From Octopus vulgaris (Eukaryota), in contig OX597814.1 of NCBI GenBank assembly GCA_951406725.2, positions 54,064,001-54,128,000 of the forward strand: a stretch of 64,000 nt of DNA. The letters run 5' to 3'. A program made the translations under genes and the position numbers. The notes beneath the pieces are model-generated. The model was not told where the DNA came from. It was given only the letters and a program-made list of their open reading frames with translations, and searched no databases. Positions 1 to 13,735 of this stretch are shown here, piece by piece; the stretch's first letter is position 1, and the number at the start of each line of letters is the position of its first letter.

Positions 1-1764
1 TACGAATATGTACACTGCATAAATCACTCACTTAACAACCGGCATGAGTAAGAGAGAAGAATAACAATTTGAAAGGGATAGCGGCGACACCTTGAGTATG
101 AATACAAGCAAGACCAATGTTAAAATGCTTTGTGTTTTTCCTTTTTGCGAAATGCGTAAGTGTCTGTGATATGTACGTAAGTCACTCTATGTATACGTGT
201 GAGTGTGTGCAGTTTTCTTTCTGTTGTGACTTTGAAGTTAGATGTATGCGTAAGCCTACTTTAGTATGTGAGTGTGACTATATGTACGATATATATGTAT
301 GCCTATGTATACATGTTGGAAGAAGAAGCAGGACCGCAGTGAATGGATGCACTAATATAAAATAAGGAAAAATTATTTTAAAATATGAAAAGAAACAATT
401 ATTTTTATGCTTAGTATGAATTCAATCAAAATTACGTTTTTATTGAAATCATTTTATAAGGATAATAATAATAATAGGATAAATTATTTTAAAGATAGAA
501 CCGTAGGATAAATAATAAAAAGAAAAAAATATACCATAAAAATATATATTGAGAACAAGAAATAAATACTTTATTTAGTTGGCTTATTTTTAACCAGAGT
601 AGCCACAAACTAAATGAAAAAGAGCAAAGTAATAGTTAATAGGCAAAGGAATTAAAAAACAACGGGAAACAAATGAAAATAAAAAAAAATAGGTTATCTC
701 CCTTATAAACCCATTTCTTTGAACGGTCTTAGTGTAGATATAGTCACAACAGTTGGCTTTTCAAAATAAATTGTGGTTATGAGCATTTTGCGGCCTTGTT
801 AGTGAAACATAAATCAACTTTAATAGATACTGGGTAAAATAAAATCATGATTGTTAGTCGTGTCGAGTTCAAATACGTGTTGTTTCCCCGTTGACAAGGA
901 TTCAATGGTTGAATTTATAATTTTATTTCTTGAGTTATCACTAAAACACGCACACAGATTATATATATATATAGTGCGTGTGTGTTTAATCTGTATATAT
1001 ATATATATGCATGCATAAATTTTCATGTTTGCAATATTTTCCTAGGACAGCGTTTTAGATTGTAAAGTTCTTGTGTCAGCAGTCTATAATGATAAACATT
1101 ATTGATTTAATATTTACAGGGAGGCTAACCTGTCGTGTTATTTTATCTCGATATACACGTTGAATCGGATATCTGAAAGAAAATAGGAATCTCAGCAATA
1201 TACTAGGATGCAGGTTCAATAACAAGTAAATAAAGTTTAAAAAGTTTTTTCTTTAGCAGCAAATTTTTCGAATAAATGGTTGCTACTATATTGTAAACTA
1301 TTTTTATGAGATGAAAATGATTCAAATTTATTTAAATAACATCTCCAACGTCAGTTGAGAATGGCGAAAAAATTTTATTTAAGTTCAAAAACCGTTACAA
1401 TTCCAAGTGTTGAAGCACCAACTTAATAAAAGAAAAAGGATGTAAAATATGAAGAGAAACAATTTTAGTTTAGAAGAGATTTTATTGTAAACATAATATT
1501 AAAACAAAGGATTATATATAAGGTTCCTCGTGGCATAGTAACAATTTTTAATTTATCTTCCAATCCAATTTGCTTCCATTATGAAAAGAAAATTGTGTCC
1601 TGAATGAGTCATTGCAAAACATCTAAACAATAACTCTTAGGAATTTAACCCTATAAAAATCTAAATTTAAACTATATTTCATATTTCTGCTGTTGCCCGG
1701 AATTAGTGAAATTTAAAACAGATTTTCATCTAGCATCAAAGAAAACTCATCTACGTTTGACTTC

Positions 1765-1774
1765 GCTGAGTCAC
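1765..1774 (-). promoter_or_regulatory. Candidate antioxidant response element (ARE/CNC-sMaf site) upstream of PSMA7
   Basis: GCTGAGTCAC on +, i.e. GTGACTCAGC on -, fits RTGA(C/G)NNNGC about 315 bp upstream of the ATG. A YY1-like AATGGCGG lies at about 1980-1987. Confidence 0.45.
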
Positions 1775-2080
1775 GGTGAACAGTTTCCACTGTAGCAACA
1801 CTACGGATTACAAAAGAAAAAAAAAAGAAAATAGCATTTTCATTTTTTAATTTATAATGTTAGTTATATTTAAAATTAATATTTTTCGTTAATTGTTAGT
1901 GTATAAATGATAAATATTTCGAGGAAATTTTATTCTGTGACAAAAGAGGTCTATTAATATTAACTGCGAAACTATTGTTAATGGCGGTACGCTGTATTTA
2001 GCACATTTGATATTGTAACTGGAAACTAATACTTCGAAAAATATTGTAAAACAAAGAGAAAATTCACCTTACATTGTTGA

Positions 2081-2233
<153 letters not shown>

Positions 2234-4567
2234 TAGAGTAAAAACAATGTTAGGCACATCTGTATTATTTTAAGACAATTATCGCAACTATTTGAGCTGA
2301 ATACTTTTTTTTATATGAAACTTCTAGTTACAGCCTAAATTATGGTATTATTTAATTAGATTGTATTATAAAAGTAGCCTGTGCAGATTGATTTCTTTTT
2401 AAATAGGTACATGATCAGTTATTGCAGGGAAGAAAATAAAGTCAGTTGTACCGGTGTACATTACTTATATCATAAGTAAAAACAAAAATGAAAGGTAAAA
2501 TCAAGCCCAGTTGGATTTTGACTATACGAGAGACGATTCTTATTACTACAAAGCAATTCCTTCTCTGTCATTTCTATATATTAACGAAAAGTGGATGCTT
2601 GGTGCATTGCCTAATGTCGTTTTAATATCATTGAGTACGTTTTCAAAGTATTGAAACAAGTGTATCTCTATAAACTTATTGCATATATATGTATGGCCTT
2701 TTATTTGTACAGCCTACGGCCTGCACAAAAAGGGAAAAAGTCCAAACTTTTGGTTTCCTAAAGTGCTTTCTCGTCCTGTACTTGTGAAGTCAACGAGGGA
2801 CTCTCTACACGGGTGCTGGAACTATTAAAAATTGCAGCCAAATCTGCCTCGGATCACATTCTATCGTAAGGAGGGATATATTAGCGTAATTTTAGACAAA
2901 ATGGTCACGACTGGAACACCTTTGATCATGTTTTACTCGATCAGGATTGACGTGGGGTTCACTCATAGCAACCTAATACTCTAGGTAATGTTAGAAAGGT
3001 TGTTTCACATTTGCCTACCTATCATATTCTGTTTTTTTTTTCTACTGCCAAGAATTCAAGAGTTTTTGAGACAGTTCTCTCCAGCAAGTAATTGTTGATT
3101 ATATCTGATTAATTTATTTGTTACATTAGTCGATATACATATAGAAATATTAGTCTGATTGTACCTTTCTGAGTCGATCTTAATGGCAGCAAGAATTCTC
3201 TAACAGTGCAAAGCAGCTGGAAACTATTAAACAAGTTTTCTGTCTTATGTTCGAAGATTTTATAAAAAAAACAAAAAAACTTAATCTTTTTAGCCTAAGA
3301 AGAGATATCTGATTAAAAGCTGCTTGTCAGATTGGCAGTAATTAACACACCAACCACTATTTCATAGATGCATTGTCTCTTCTCTTATTAGAACTACATC
3401 TGCTCTGAAATAACAAGCTGTGTACTATCTCCATTTGAATACCCTTAATGCCTCCACCTCTTCGCCTCTCATCATCTTTACTGTGTATCCACTCTACAAA
3501 CTCCACAACACATTTTAGAGTCTGATAAGCCATTAAAAAAAAAGCTGTTATTTATGGTGCCTTCTTGGTTGTGTGAAGAATGTAGAGGAGTTACCAGGAA
3601 AAAAAAAGGATTGGTTCTGTGTAGCCTGTATGATGTATGTGTTTTAACTGTATAATCATGAATACAGTAAAATATGGTGCTTTTAATTTCGTTTTAGTTT
3701 CTGTTTTGATGCTGCTAAATGCGATCAAGTCCCATTAAAGATGTTTTGATGGTTTCTGTTCATGATAGATGTATAGTTATAGTAGGAGCAATTGAAGCTG
3801 CATGTTGAAAGGATGAAGGTACACAGGGCAGTACAAATAGTGTAGTGTGTGTGTATGGGTATAACTTGTTGATATAGCAGGTAAAAGAGTAAATAGATAA
3901 AATGGAAGAAATTGAGTCCATAATTACACCAACATCACTTTATGAAAAAAAGCACTGAAGGAAAGAAATTTATACTAGTTTGGACTTATAAACACATGAT
4001 ACCACCTATAAAATATCTGCCAGATTTGTTGCTTTATTACCTGTTTCTAGTGCACCTCTTATTTTGATAATGATAAATCCAGTGTTAGTGACCCAGGTAA
4101 ATTTCTGTCAGCATGGTAATTGTATATCCAAGTAAGACACAAAAGAAAAAACAAATAATTGTAATTATGATGTGAAGATAAGGAAAGTAAGAGAAATTGA
4201 TAATTCCTCTTTGTTAAGATAGAAAAAAGATATCTTTTTATAAAACAGTACTTTTTGCATAAAACCAATTTACTAGACTCTTAAATATTATCTGGCAAAT
4301 ATTTATCTTACTCAGAGAGAAAAAAGTAAAATTTGATCATAGATTTCAGATCATAAGAATTTCACAAATTTGAATCTCTACTCCCTGCTTCTGTTTCACT
4401 TCCTTATTCAATGTTACTGTAGAATGAGATATTATTCTTAACCTTTTTGTGATTTTAAACCTTCAAATAAAAAAATATATGCTTTATCGAATTATAATTT
4501 ATTATATTTTATTAAATATCTTCAGAAATTAGTTAATCTTTTATCTAATTTTTGTCTTTTTTTATAG

Positions 4568-4694
4568 GTTGGTGTCACAGGAAAGAACATAGTTGTGCTA
4601 GGTGTTGAAAAAAAAGCTGTTGCTAAACTACAAGAGGAGAGAACCCTTAGGAAAATAGCACTACTTGATGAACATGTTGCTATGGCATTTGCAG
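4568..4694 (+). CDS. PSMA7: Proteasome subunit alpha type-7, exon 2
   Basis: Polypyrimidine tract plus TAG acceptor; [42 protein letters not shown](G); GT donor; 127 nt, ends in phase 1. Confidence 0.96.
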
Positions 4695-5952
4695 GTTATA
4701 AACGATAATCTTATATCTATTTTAACTTGTTAGAATGAGTAATATTAACTTTGAAAAGCTGGGTATTTCAGTATAAATTGTTAAAGAATTTATTATTTGA
4801 ATGAATTATGGGGCCATTTTTATTTTCAGTCAAGCAAACTGAAAAGAGATATAATTTAATGTTTGTGATTTGGTTTGACTTCATGACCACCCAATTTCTG
4901 TAAATCTTGTCTAGTATTTTAATCATTTATGTAATTATAAGTTATGAAATGACAACTTCAGAAACTGGTTGACTATTAATATTAAGTGTTATTACTCAAA
5001 ACATATTTCAATTGACTTAAACCAATAAGTTAAGCACACTTTGATTCTAAATGTAACTTTGCATGCAAATATCTGAATTTGTCCAGCTGTCCAACCTATA
5101 GCTATACAGATGGATTTTTAAAAATCTTCTGTAAATAGAAATTAGTGTCTGCTTAAAAATATACTGATATTACCAACATCCAAATTATAGTTACTATTCT
5201 CCTAATGAAAAAAACAAAATGATTGCAAATTGATTGATAAAATGACTTGTTGCCTGTCCTAGCGTAGCAGTTTATACAAATTATATATTGAGAATCACAA
5301 TCTGATGACCATAAATTACAGTATGTATCTTGTGGAATTCAAAAAATTCTTGAAGAATTCATTCTAATATAAGCTGCTGACTTTGTCAGATCAAACAATT
5401 TGCAGGAATAAAATTTTTTAGTGTCTTTTAGTTATGCAATATAGTCAAAGGCATGATAAATGTACATGGAGACACATGTAAATGGATGATAAAACTGGGT
5501 GAAACAGTACTACAAGTATATGGTAGAAATTACTCATTGTAGATATAAATTGAAAGAAACCTGTCAAGTAATAATTAGATCAGAGTTAAGAATGTTAAAC
5601 TTTAAAAAAGATACATTAAACACAGGTTCAAGATATGTAGAGAAAAATGAATGCTGGAACATTATTATTCTGCCAGAAACAGTAGGATGTAGGGTTAAAT
5701 GAATGTGTTACAGTATTTAAAATCTTTTTATGTTCTGAGTAAACATTCTACTGATCCTGACTGCCTTTAAATCTTCTGAAGTCATTGAAATTATAGCAAA
5801 ATTGTCTACACTTCTCCACCAGTATTTGTATGCTTTGTGCTGAAATTTGGAATTATTTTTATGTATCCTTTTAAAATCATATTTGTATCCAATTTTCCTA
5901 TTTTGAAATATTCAGTAATACTTATTCTTCTATACTTATTAAATATTCTTTA

Positions 5953-6115
5953 GGTGCAGACATGTCTGTGTGGTAAGAAGTATGCTTCTCAACCACATAG
6001 TTTCAGGTTTAGTCCCACTATGTAACGCCTTGGGGAAATGTCATCTACTAGAGCACCAGGCTGGCCAAAGCCATGTGTGTAGATTTGGCAGACAGAAACT
6101 GAAAGAATCCCATCT
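5953..6115 (+). mobile_element. tRNA-derived SINE (degenerate)
   Basis: TGTGTGGTAAGAAG...GGTTTAGTCCCAC head and GGCAGACAGAAACTGAAAGAA tail, shared with copies at about 25171-25290, 46700-46870 (-) and 48135-48292 (-). Confidence 0.75.
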
Positions 6116-6127
6116 TAGATATCTATA

Positions 6128-7367
6128 CAGGGTGCAAGGAGTATTTGAGGACAGTTTTGGTATACAATAAAACAACTATATTTCAGCATAAATGAATATG
6201 TATTTGAATAAACATTTGTGCAATTAGTCTTGATAATGATTTTTTAAGCAAATTATTCTATGAAACCGCCTTCAGCTTTGATGACTGCTTCAATGCAGGA
6301 CCGAAACCACTGGCATGCTGACACTGTATGGTCCTTATTCATTTTGGACATCACCTGGATAATGGCAGCCTTCAGTGAAGCTATGGTATTATGAGGATGA
6401 CCATTAGTCTCCCTTTCAACAGCACTCCACATGTAGTAGTCCATGGGGTTCAAATCTGCTGAGTTGGGAGGCCACATATTAGGTGTTACATAATTGTAAA
6501 GATTGTCTGACAACCATTCTTGGGTGACTAAGGCTTTGTGAGAAGGTGCTGAGTCTTGTTGAAACACATATGGCTTTCTATTGCATACTTCATCAATCCA
6601 TGGCTTGATAACAGTTTTGTAGTACCTCAGTGTATCCAGCAGCATTAATTCTAAGATCCTGTGGAAAAAAGTGGGAGGCATCACATGACCTTTGCTACAC
6701 ACCACTCCTAAAACCATCACAGTTGCTGGAAATTTTGTGTGCATCACTCTAGGTACTTCAGAAGGATCTGCAAATAACCACCTGTCATTTCTTCTGTTAG
6801 ACTTTTGAACCTGGTCAAAGTTTTTTTTTTGTCAAAGAAAAACCAAAGCATGCTTTGTTTATGAGGGTTTTTCACTTTGCTAAGTAACCATATTGAACAG
6901 ATGAGACAGTTTGTCTGTGTCTTTGCAGATACAAATTGGCCTTTCCTCATTACATAGGACTTCTATTGAATATCATGATGTACCACAGTTCTGATAGTCC
7001 ACTCTGACACCCGAAGTTCTTTGGCAATGGACCTCATTGATAATGTTTTGAACATGTGGTATAAATTCCGGTGTCCTTTTAGTGTCTGAGCATTGTAAAT
7101 GTTTTTTTTCTCTTTGTTATAGGTGAAACATTACCATCACATGCCTCCAATTAAACTTTGTGTACAAATGATCTTGCAACATTTAGAAAGTTGCTAATTT
7201 CTAAATCACTAGTTTGCATGTATAGCAACTATGACTGCATGTATTTTCATGTTTTGAGTTAGCATGATATCTTGAAAGGGTTATCTGAAAAAAAAAATGA
7301 TACATTAGATAATTTGAAGGTGTAATGAACTAAAAACAAAATGTCCTCAAATACCCCTCACACTGTG
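6128..7367 (-). mobile_element. Tc1/mariner DD37D (maT) transposon, full length but inactivated
   Basis: About 26-bp TIRs (CAGGGTGCAAGGAGTATTTGAGGACA / TGTCCTCAAATACCCCTCACACTGTG) with TA on the left. Frameshifted transposase VMVLGVV...FQQDSAPSH...WPPNSADLNPMD, with 37 residues between the last two catalytic D. Confidence 0.9.
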
Positions 7368-7386
7368 TGTGTGTGTGTGTGTATGC

Positions 7387-7430
<44 letters not shown>

Positions 7431-8674
7431 CCTGATCGTCATTTAACATCCATGTTCCATGCTGGCATGAGTGAGACAGTTTGACAGGATCTGATGAGTC
7501 TAAGGACTGCATTGTGCCACAGTTTTTATGGTTGAATGGCATTACTAATGCCAAACACTTTACAATGTGTACTGGCTAGCTTTTTCATGCCACTGACTGT
7601 AGTGATGTCATGATGCAGCTTGCAAATCCTGTGGAGGGAGTCAGCTTTATACTAGAAAATGAGAGGTTTAAAGTAGATAACCCTTCAAGTAGAAGGGAAT
7701 AGGAAAGAGCAGGTTCTTGTTGTAGGGGAGCGATATGGCTACGTACATTTAGAAGAGAAGATGAAAATGATCAGAAAGAGTTGCAAAAAGACAAAATAAA
7801 AATAGTGGTAATGAGGTATCAAAGTGGCCCTTCAAGGTACAAAGTTAGTGGGGACTGAGGAAATAGGAATGTGGGTGGATGGAAGAGCAAAAGATGAGAG
7901 ATGGGATGCAAAATAGGCATTGGCTGTAAAAATTGGATAGGGTTGAAGGGTGGATGACCAATGATGCATAAGTTGGGGAAGGTAGAGATATGCAGGAGAG
8001 AGTGGGGACAGCAGCTTATAGGAGTTGGCGGGGACCATAAGAGCCTGTCCAATGCATTCTAGCAAGGAAAGTAGTTGTAAAATGATGATAAGGATATTAT
8101 ATTTTGCTTATCTGATAGATTTCATTTCTAGATTTTTTCCACATCAATTTGATCACGCTATTATTAAGGCCTTTTTCTTCATATTTCCCTTTATAATAGT
8201 ATAAAGAATGAAAATAATCATTTTAGCATATACTTATGATGACCTTCTGATTATTTTAATGTCCACTTTTCCACACTCACATGGGTCGGACAGAATTTAT
8301 TGAGGCTGAAGATCAGCACTAAAAGACTCAATTTGTATGACTGATGTTCATTTACAACTAATGTGATGTCATGACAAGGAGACACAAGTATGCATATACA
8401 CACACATGCACATCTACTAAATCCATTCACAGGACTTTGTTTAATCTACAGTGATAGTAATAACTCTTGCTCATGGTGCTAAGTGATAGGACTGAACCCA
8501 AAAGGCATGTGGTTGGGAAGTGAATTTCTCAACCATACAACCTTGCCTAACTGTGTTGTATGAAAAATGCTTTATATTCAACCATTAATCCACCTACCCA
8601 TCCATCTATCAAAAAACAAAATAATAATTAATACCTTGCACTACTTTATCTTTATTTTTCATTTTGCATCCTAG

Positions 8675-8950
<276 letters not shown>

Positions 8951-9779
8951 TGACCCAAATGTTTTCTGAATGAAATACTTTTTAACAGCCATGCAAATAG
9001 AGGTATGACAGTCAAGTGAACAAGATATTAGATTATCTGCTCATGTTAGTGACTTCAAAATATCTTGCACAAATGATTTCTTATGTATTTTCTGTTGTAA
9101 AACCACATTTTTTAACATTGTCCCAGTTTGCTCAGCTGTAACAGTGAGTGTCCTGTCTTGGTTTCATGCCATGAAATCAGAGTTAAGCACTAGTACTTAA
9201 TGGAGATATTTACATTTATGTCTGCAGAGTATTTCCTTTGTTAGTTTGTCACTAAACATAACTATTTAACTTTTCTCTAGAACATCTTTCTCAATCATGC
9301 ATTAATACCTACTGTTACACACACACATGCTTAGCTTAAAATCAAGATTACAAACGATGATGAAAAAGTGCATTGCTTTATACATACAAAATGTTTGGCT
9401 GCTATGACATTATTGAGTGACTTGAATGTTGTATTAATGGTAGTCTCTCATTAAGAGAAAGATGGTTCTGCATTTTCTTGCTGAACAACCTTTACAGACG
9501 ATTTGTTTATAGTGATCAGATGTTTGTACTACACATAAGCTCACTTCTGCCATCAAATTGACATTGCTTGTACAGGTGCACAGTGTGCCATATATCAAAT
9601 ATTGAAGTGATTGCAGAGCAACTTAAGATGGAGTGTTTTGCTCAGGAACACAATGCACAAGTTCATGAGTGCAACACCCAAACAACTAGGCCATGCATTG
9701 TACTAAATGTTGTATATAATGTTGTATTGAAAGGGATCGTTTAGGTGGATAATTTTGTCAAATATTCAGCTATAAATAA

Positions 9780-10450
9780 ATGGCTCTCTAAAAGTCTGCT
9801 GAGTTATGAGGCTAGTATACTTTTACCCTTCTATACTTTAGTACTGTGGCTTCCCACTGGAAATGTTTTGACAATGATTCTTAAGTTAAGAGAGGAGTTA
9901 AATATGTTCTTGTAGACTCTAAAAAGAACTTCAAAGACATTTATTAGAGTCTTCTTTGAAGGTTACATATTTAGCTGACATTTTTGGAGAATTAGATAAT
10001 TTAAACTTCTCTTTGCAAGGTTAGATGAAAGTCTTATAACATATGGAAGCAAAATCAAATAATTCCTTGAGAAGTTGAATCTTTTGGGGTGTTGGGAGAC
10101 AGAAGTGGTATATTATATTCACTTTCCAAATCTAAGTTATTGAACAATCTCAAAATATCCTATAAGAAATTGTTTTGCATTTATAGAAGCTGAAGCAAAA
10201 GTTTCAGTGCTATTTTCTAGAGGTGGTGCAAGAGAATGTCCTGATGAGCAACCCATTCATAAAAATCAACAAAATTTCAGGACCAGTTCAAGAGGAATAG
10301 TTCCCTACAATAGTTCTTCATTCCTCAAAAGCCCTATCTTGATATTATAGGTCATGCATTCAAGATCCTTCTTTCCTTTGCATCTACGTATTTTTGGGAT
10401 GTGGATTTTCTTCACTTCTCTACATTAAATCAAAGAATAGAAACTTTGTT
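9780..10450 (+). mobile_element. hAT (Buster/Charlie-like) transposase remnant
   Basis: Broken frames give ...GNVL...LREEL..FL, YLADIFGELDNLNFSLQG and FASTY...GFSSLLYIKSKNRN, motifs of the hAT C-terminal half. Confidence 0.7.
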
Positions 10451-10999
10451 AAAATGTACTTTAGTGTGAACTCCTCCAAAAATAGATGACATTGTAGCCA
10501 CCAAACATACTTGAAAATCATCTTCATCTTTAAGCAGTATTAAGCATTGGGATTTTGTCAGTATGTATTTATGCATTTACTTATTTTAGGTTGCATTATT
10601 TGATGTTTAGCTGAACTTGTTTTATTTCATATCAAATGATCCATCAGAGTATTCAGTAAATCAAAGTGGCTCATGATAAACTACTTTGAGAATTCTTCTT
10701 GAAATGGCATCTGCTTTACTTGCCAGGCCTCACCTTCTCTGTTTATTGATTTGACTGATGTAAATTATTTAAATAATTTCAAATTATTCAGAACTAAACC
10801 AAATTCTTACACTGAATTAATAAATTCATTTGTAAATGTTGTACATTCCTATATCTACATTTGTTGTTCATCTGACCAGTAATCTTAAAATTTCTGTTTT
10901 AAACCTCTAGATCTTTTTTTTCCCTGCATCTTGAATATTTAAGTTAGATTTGCTTGAAATTATTTAGTTTTCTAATTTCTCTTTGTCTTATATTACCAG

Positions 11000-11122
11000 A
11001 AATATACTCAGAGTAATGGCCGTCGTCCATTTGGCTTGTCTGCTCTAATTGTTGGATTTGATTATGATGGCACACCCCGTCTCTATCAGACTGATCCTTC
11101 AGGAACATATCATGAATGGAAA
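11000..11122 (+). CDS. PSMA7: Proteasome subunit alpha type-7, exon 4
   Basis: [41 protein letters not shown]; CAG acceptor, GTAAGT donor. Confidence 0.97.
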
Positions 11123-12229
11123 GTAAGTAGGTTTTTTTTATTTCATTTACTTTGTAATCCAGTGCATTTAATCCATTTGTTTTTGAAAAGCCCTAATCAA
11201 CTCTCCATTCTAACATGCTATTATGACATGGCAAATACTGATTGTAGAGATGTTTGATCAAAATTCTTTCTGTGATTACCCTTTACTTTTGGAAGGACAT
11301 CTTGTCCTATGTCATAAGGCCTAAAACATCTTGTCCCCAGTTGAAAGTCAATATTACCAATGGAGATTTTGCTGTTTCACTGAGTAGTAAAACATCTAAT
11401 TGAATAAGAAGTTCCCAACCTGTGGATCACCACCTAAATTAAGTCATTGTCATTACTATCATCATTTAACATCTGTTTTTCATACTGTCATGGGTTGGAT
11501 AATTTGACAGGAACTGTCAAGCTAGAGAGCTGCATCAGGCTCCATTGTCTGCTTTGGTATGGTTTCTATGGCTGGATGCCCTACCTAAAACCAGCCACTT
11601 CACAGAGTATACTAGATGCTTCTATATGCTACCAGTACTGATGCTTTTTATGTAGCACCAACACCAGTAGGGTCACCAAGTTGAAAATCTCTCAGCTGGG
11701 AGAAGGAATAGAACCGAGGGAAATGGCTTTGTGCCAGGTTAGAGATAGGATAGGGATAAGTGTCTTACTATAGAGGTGATATCTGGCTATCCTAGTAGGG
11801 AGAAAAAAAGGAGGGATCGTGTTAGAGAGAAAGATAGAGAAACAGTCAGAGTGAGAAAGAAATGATGTTGGAAATGCATCAGGACTTACCCACAGGGTAC
11901 AGTGGGGGAGGAGAAGTGGTACAGAGGGCACAGAGAGGGTTGTTCCACAAGAGTGTGAGGAGAGATGTTTAAGGATGGGGAAGAGGTGTCTGTAGCAAGT
12001 GATGGTGAGAGAATTTGGAGTGGCTGGGAGGTGATTAAGGTAGATATGTGAAGGCATGGAAAATGTGTAGATAGGCACATGAGTGGCCTGCAGCAGGTGG
12101 TGATCATGGGTGGTGGACTGTGGGGTATTGAGAAAATGAGTTGCAGGGGAAATAATGACAGTGGACAAATCATGTGATGGTAGGAGTGACATAGCTATAA
12201 AGGAATGCTTGTATATATGAATGGCCATA

Positions 12230-12895
12230 CTTTACTTAACTTGCCATGTCTTCTCAAGCACTGAAAATTACTAGAGTCCAGTCCCTTGTTATCTCTGTGA
12301 AGCTCAATGTCTGAAGATCATTTCTTACCACTTTGTTGCATGTCTTCCTGGGTCACGCACTTCCACAGGTTCCCTCCACAATTAGAGATCAGCACTTCCT
12401 TATGCAGTTGTCCTCATCCATATGCATCTTATGATCATACCAGTACAGTCTTCTCTCTTGCACTCAACATCTGATGCCTCATACCCAATTCTTCTCTTAA
12501 AACACTTACACTCTGTTGTACATGTACACTGACATTGCACATCCAGCACAGCATGCTAGTTTTGTTTCTTTCAGGCAATCGCATGTCCTCTGCAGTCACA
12601 GTCCATGTTTCACTGCTGTGTGCACAGGTGTCATACAATTTGCCTTTCACTCTGAGGGAGAGGCCCTTTCTTACCAACAAAGGTTGTAGCTCTCTGAACT
12701 TTGCCCAGTTTGTTCTTATTCTAGCAACTATGCTCTCAGAGCATCATCATCCTCTGCTAACTTGGTCGTCTAGATAACAAAGTTATCTATTACTTCTAAT
12801 TCCTCTCCCAGACATTTGAGGAAGTCTATTATCTGTACATTCTTAGTGTTTATTGTACCTGCACATCTGCCACACACAAAGACTACTGTCTCTTT
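12230..12895 (-). mobile_element. RTE-clade LINE 3' fragment
   Basis: KGLSLRVKGKLYD...SETW...MLCWMCNVS; similar to 16900-17450. Confidence 0.85.
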
Positions 12896-13271
12896 TGTGT
12901 TGTGTCTAGGGAGAGTAATTATGCCAATGTTATTAATTCCTCTGTGTATAAATCTAAAAGGATCATGAAAATAGAATACTGGCTAAAATATTCCAGAATA
13001 TGTTTTATGCAATATGCCACAAGCATAAGGGCTATAACACTACATTTATTACAAATGAAAACTAAGGAATATTTCCAACAGTATCAAATGTTACATTTGC
13101 TCCACTGGATTATATTAAAAGATGAGATTCTGGATGGTTATTGATTTTACAAAATGAGTTGTAGAGAATTATTAATTTACTAAAATGGATTGCAATAATA
13201 AAAATGTTGGAATAATTTGTTTTGGTTTTATTATTGTTTGTAGGTGTTAATAATGATGTTGGTATGGTTAA

Positions 13272-13455
13272 AGAGGGTGAGCTGGCAGAATTGTTAGCAT
13301 ACCGGGCAAAATGCTTAGCAGCATTTCATCCATCTTTATGTTCTGTGTTCAAATACTGCCCAGTCAACTTTGCCTTTCATCCTTTTGGGATTGATTTAAT
13401 CAATTTGCCTCTTCCCCCAAACCTGCTGGCCTTGTGCCAAAATTTGAAACCAATA
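13272..13455 (+). mobile_element. SINE (GAGCTGGCAGAA...GGCCTTGTGCCAAAATTTGAAACC family)
   Basis: Same family as 26124-26355, 32400-32830, 34054-34247, 38792-38961, 49830-50037, 52720-52900, 55630-55830, 58880-59030 and 63390-63547. Confidence 0.8.
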
Positions 13456-13552
13456 ATGATGTTAATATGGTTTCTGTAGTTAGTTAAAACGATATGAAAA
13501 AACCCAGTAGCAGCAGTATTCATTATGACCATTATGTATTTCTTCCTTCTAG

Positions 13553-13735
13553 GCTAATGCCATTGGCAGAAGTGCAAAGACGGTACGAGAATATCTAAAG
13601 AAAGGATACACTGATGAGTTGGCCGAAAAAGATGAAGAATGTATAAAATTAGCTCTTCGTGCTTTACTAGAAGTTGTCCAGTCAGGTGGAAAGAATGTAG
13701 AATTGGCAGTAATGCGAAGAGACAGTCTACTTATG
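13553..13735 (+). CDS. PSMA7: Proteasome subunit alpha type-7, exon 5
   Basis: [61 protein letters not shown]; TAG acceptor, GTAAGT donor. Confidence 0.96.

Noticed and set aside
7491-7512. CTGATGA-GTC-TAAG-GAC, resembling the first half of a hammerhead
   Set aside because: Followed by TGCA rather than GAAA, and lies in the variable part of a SINE.
11692-12228. 178-aa His/Pro/Ser-rich ORF
   Set aside because: Antisense reading of a purine-rich repeat-associated tract in PSMA7 intron 4; no recognisable domain.
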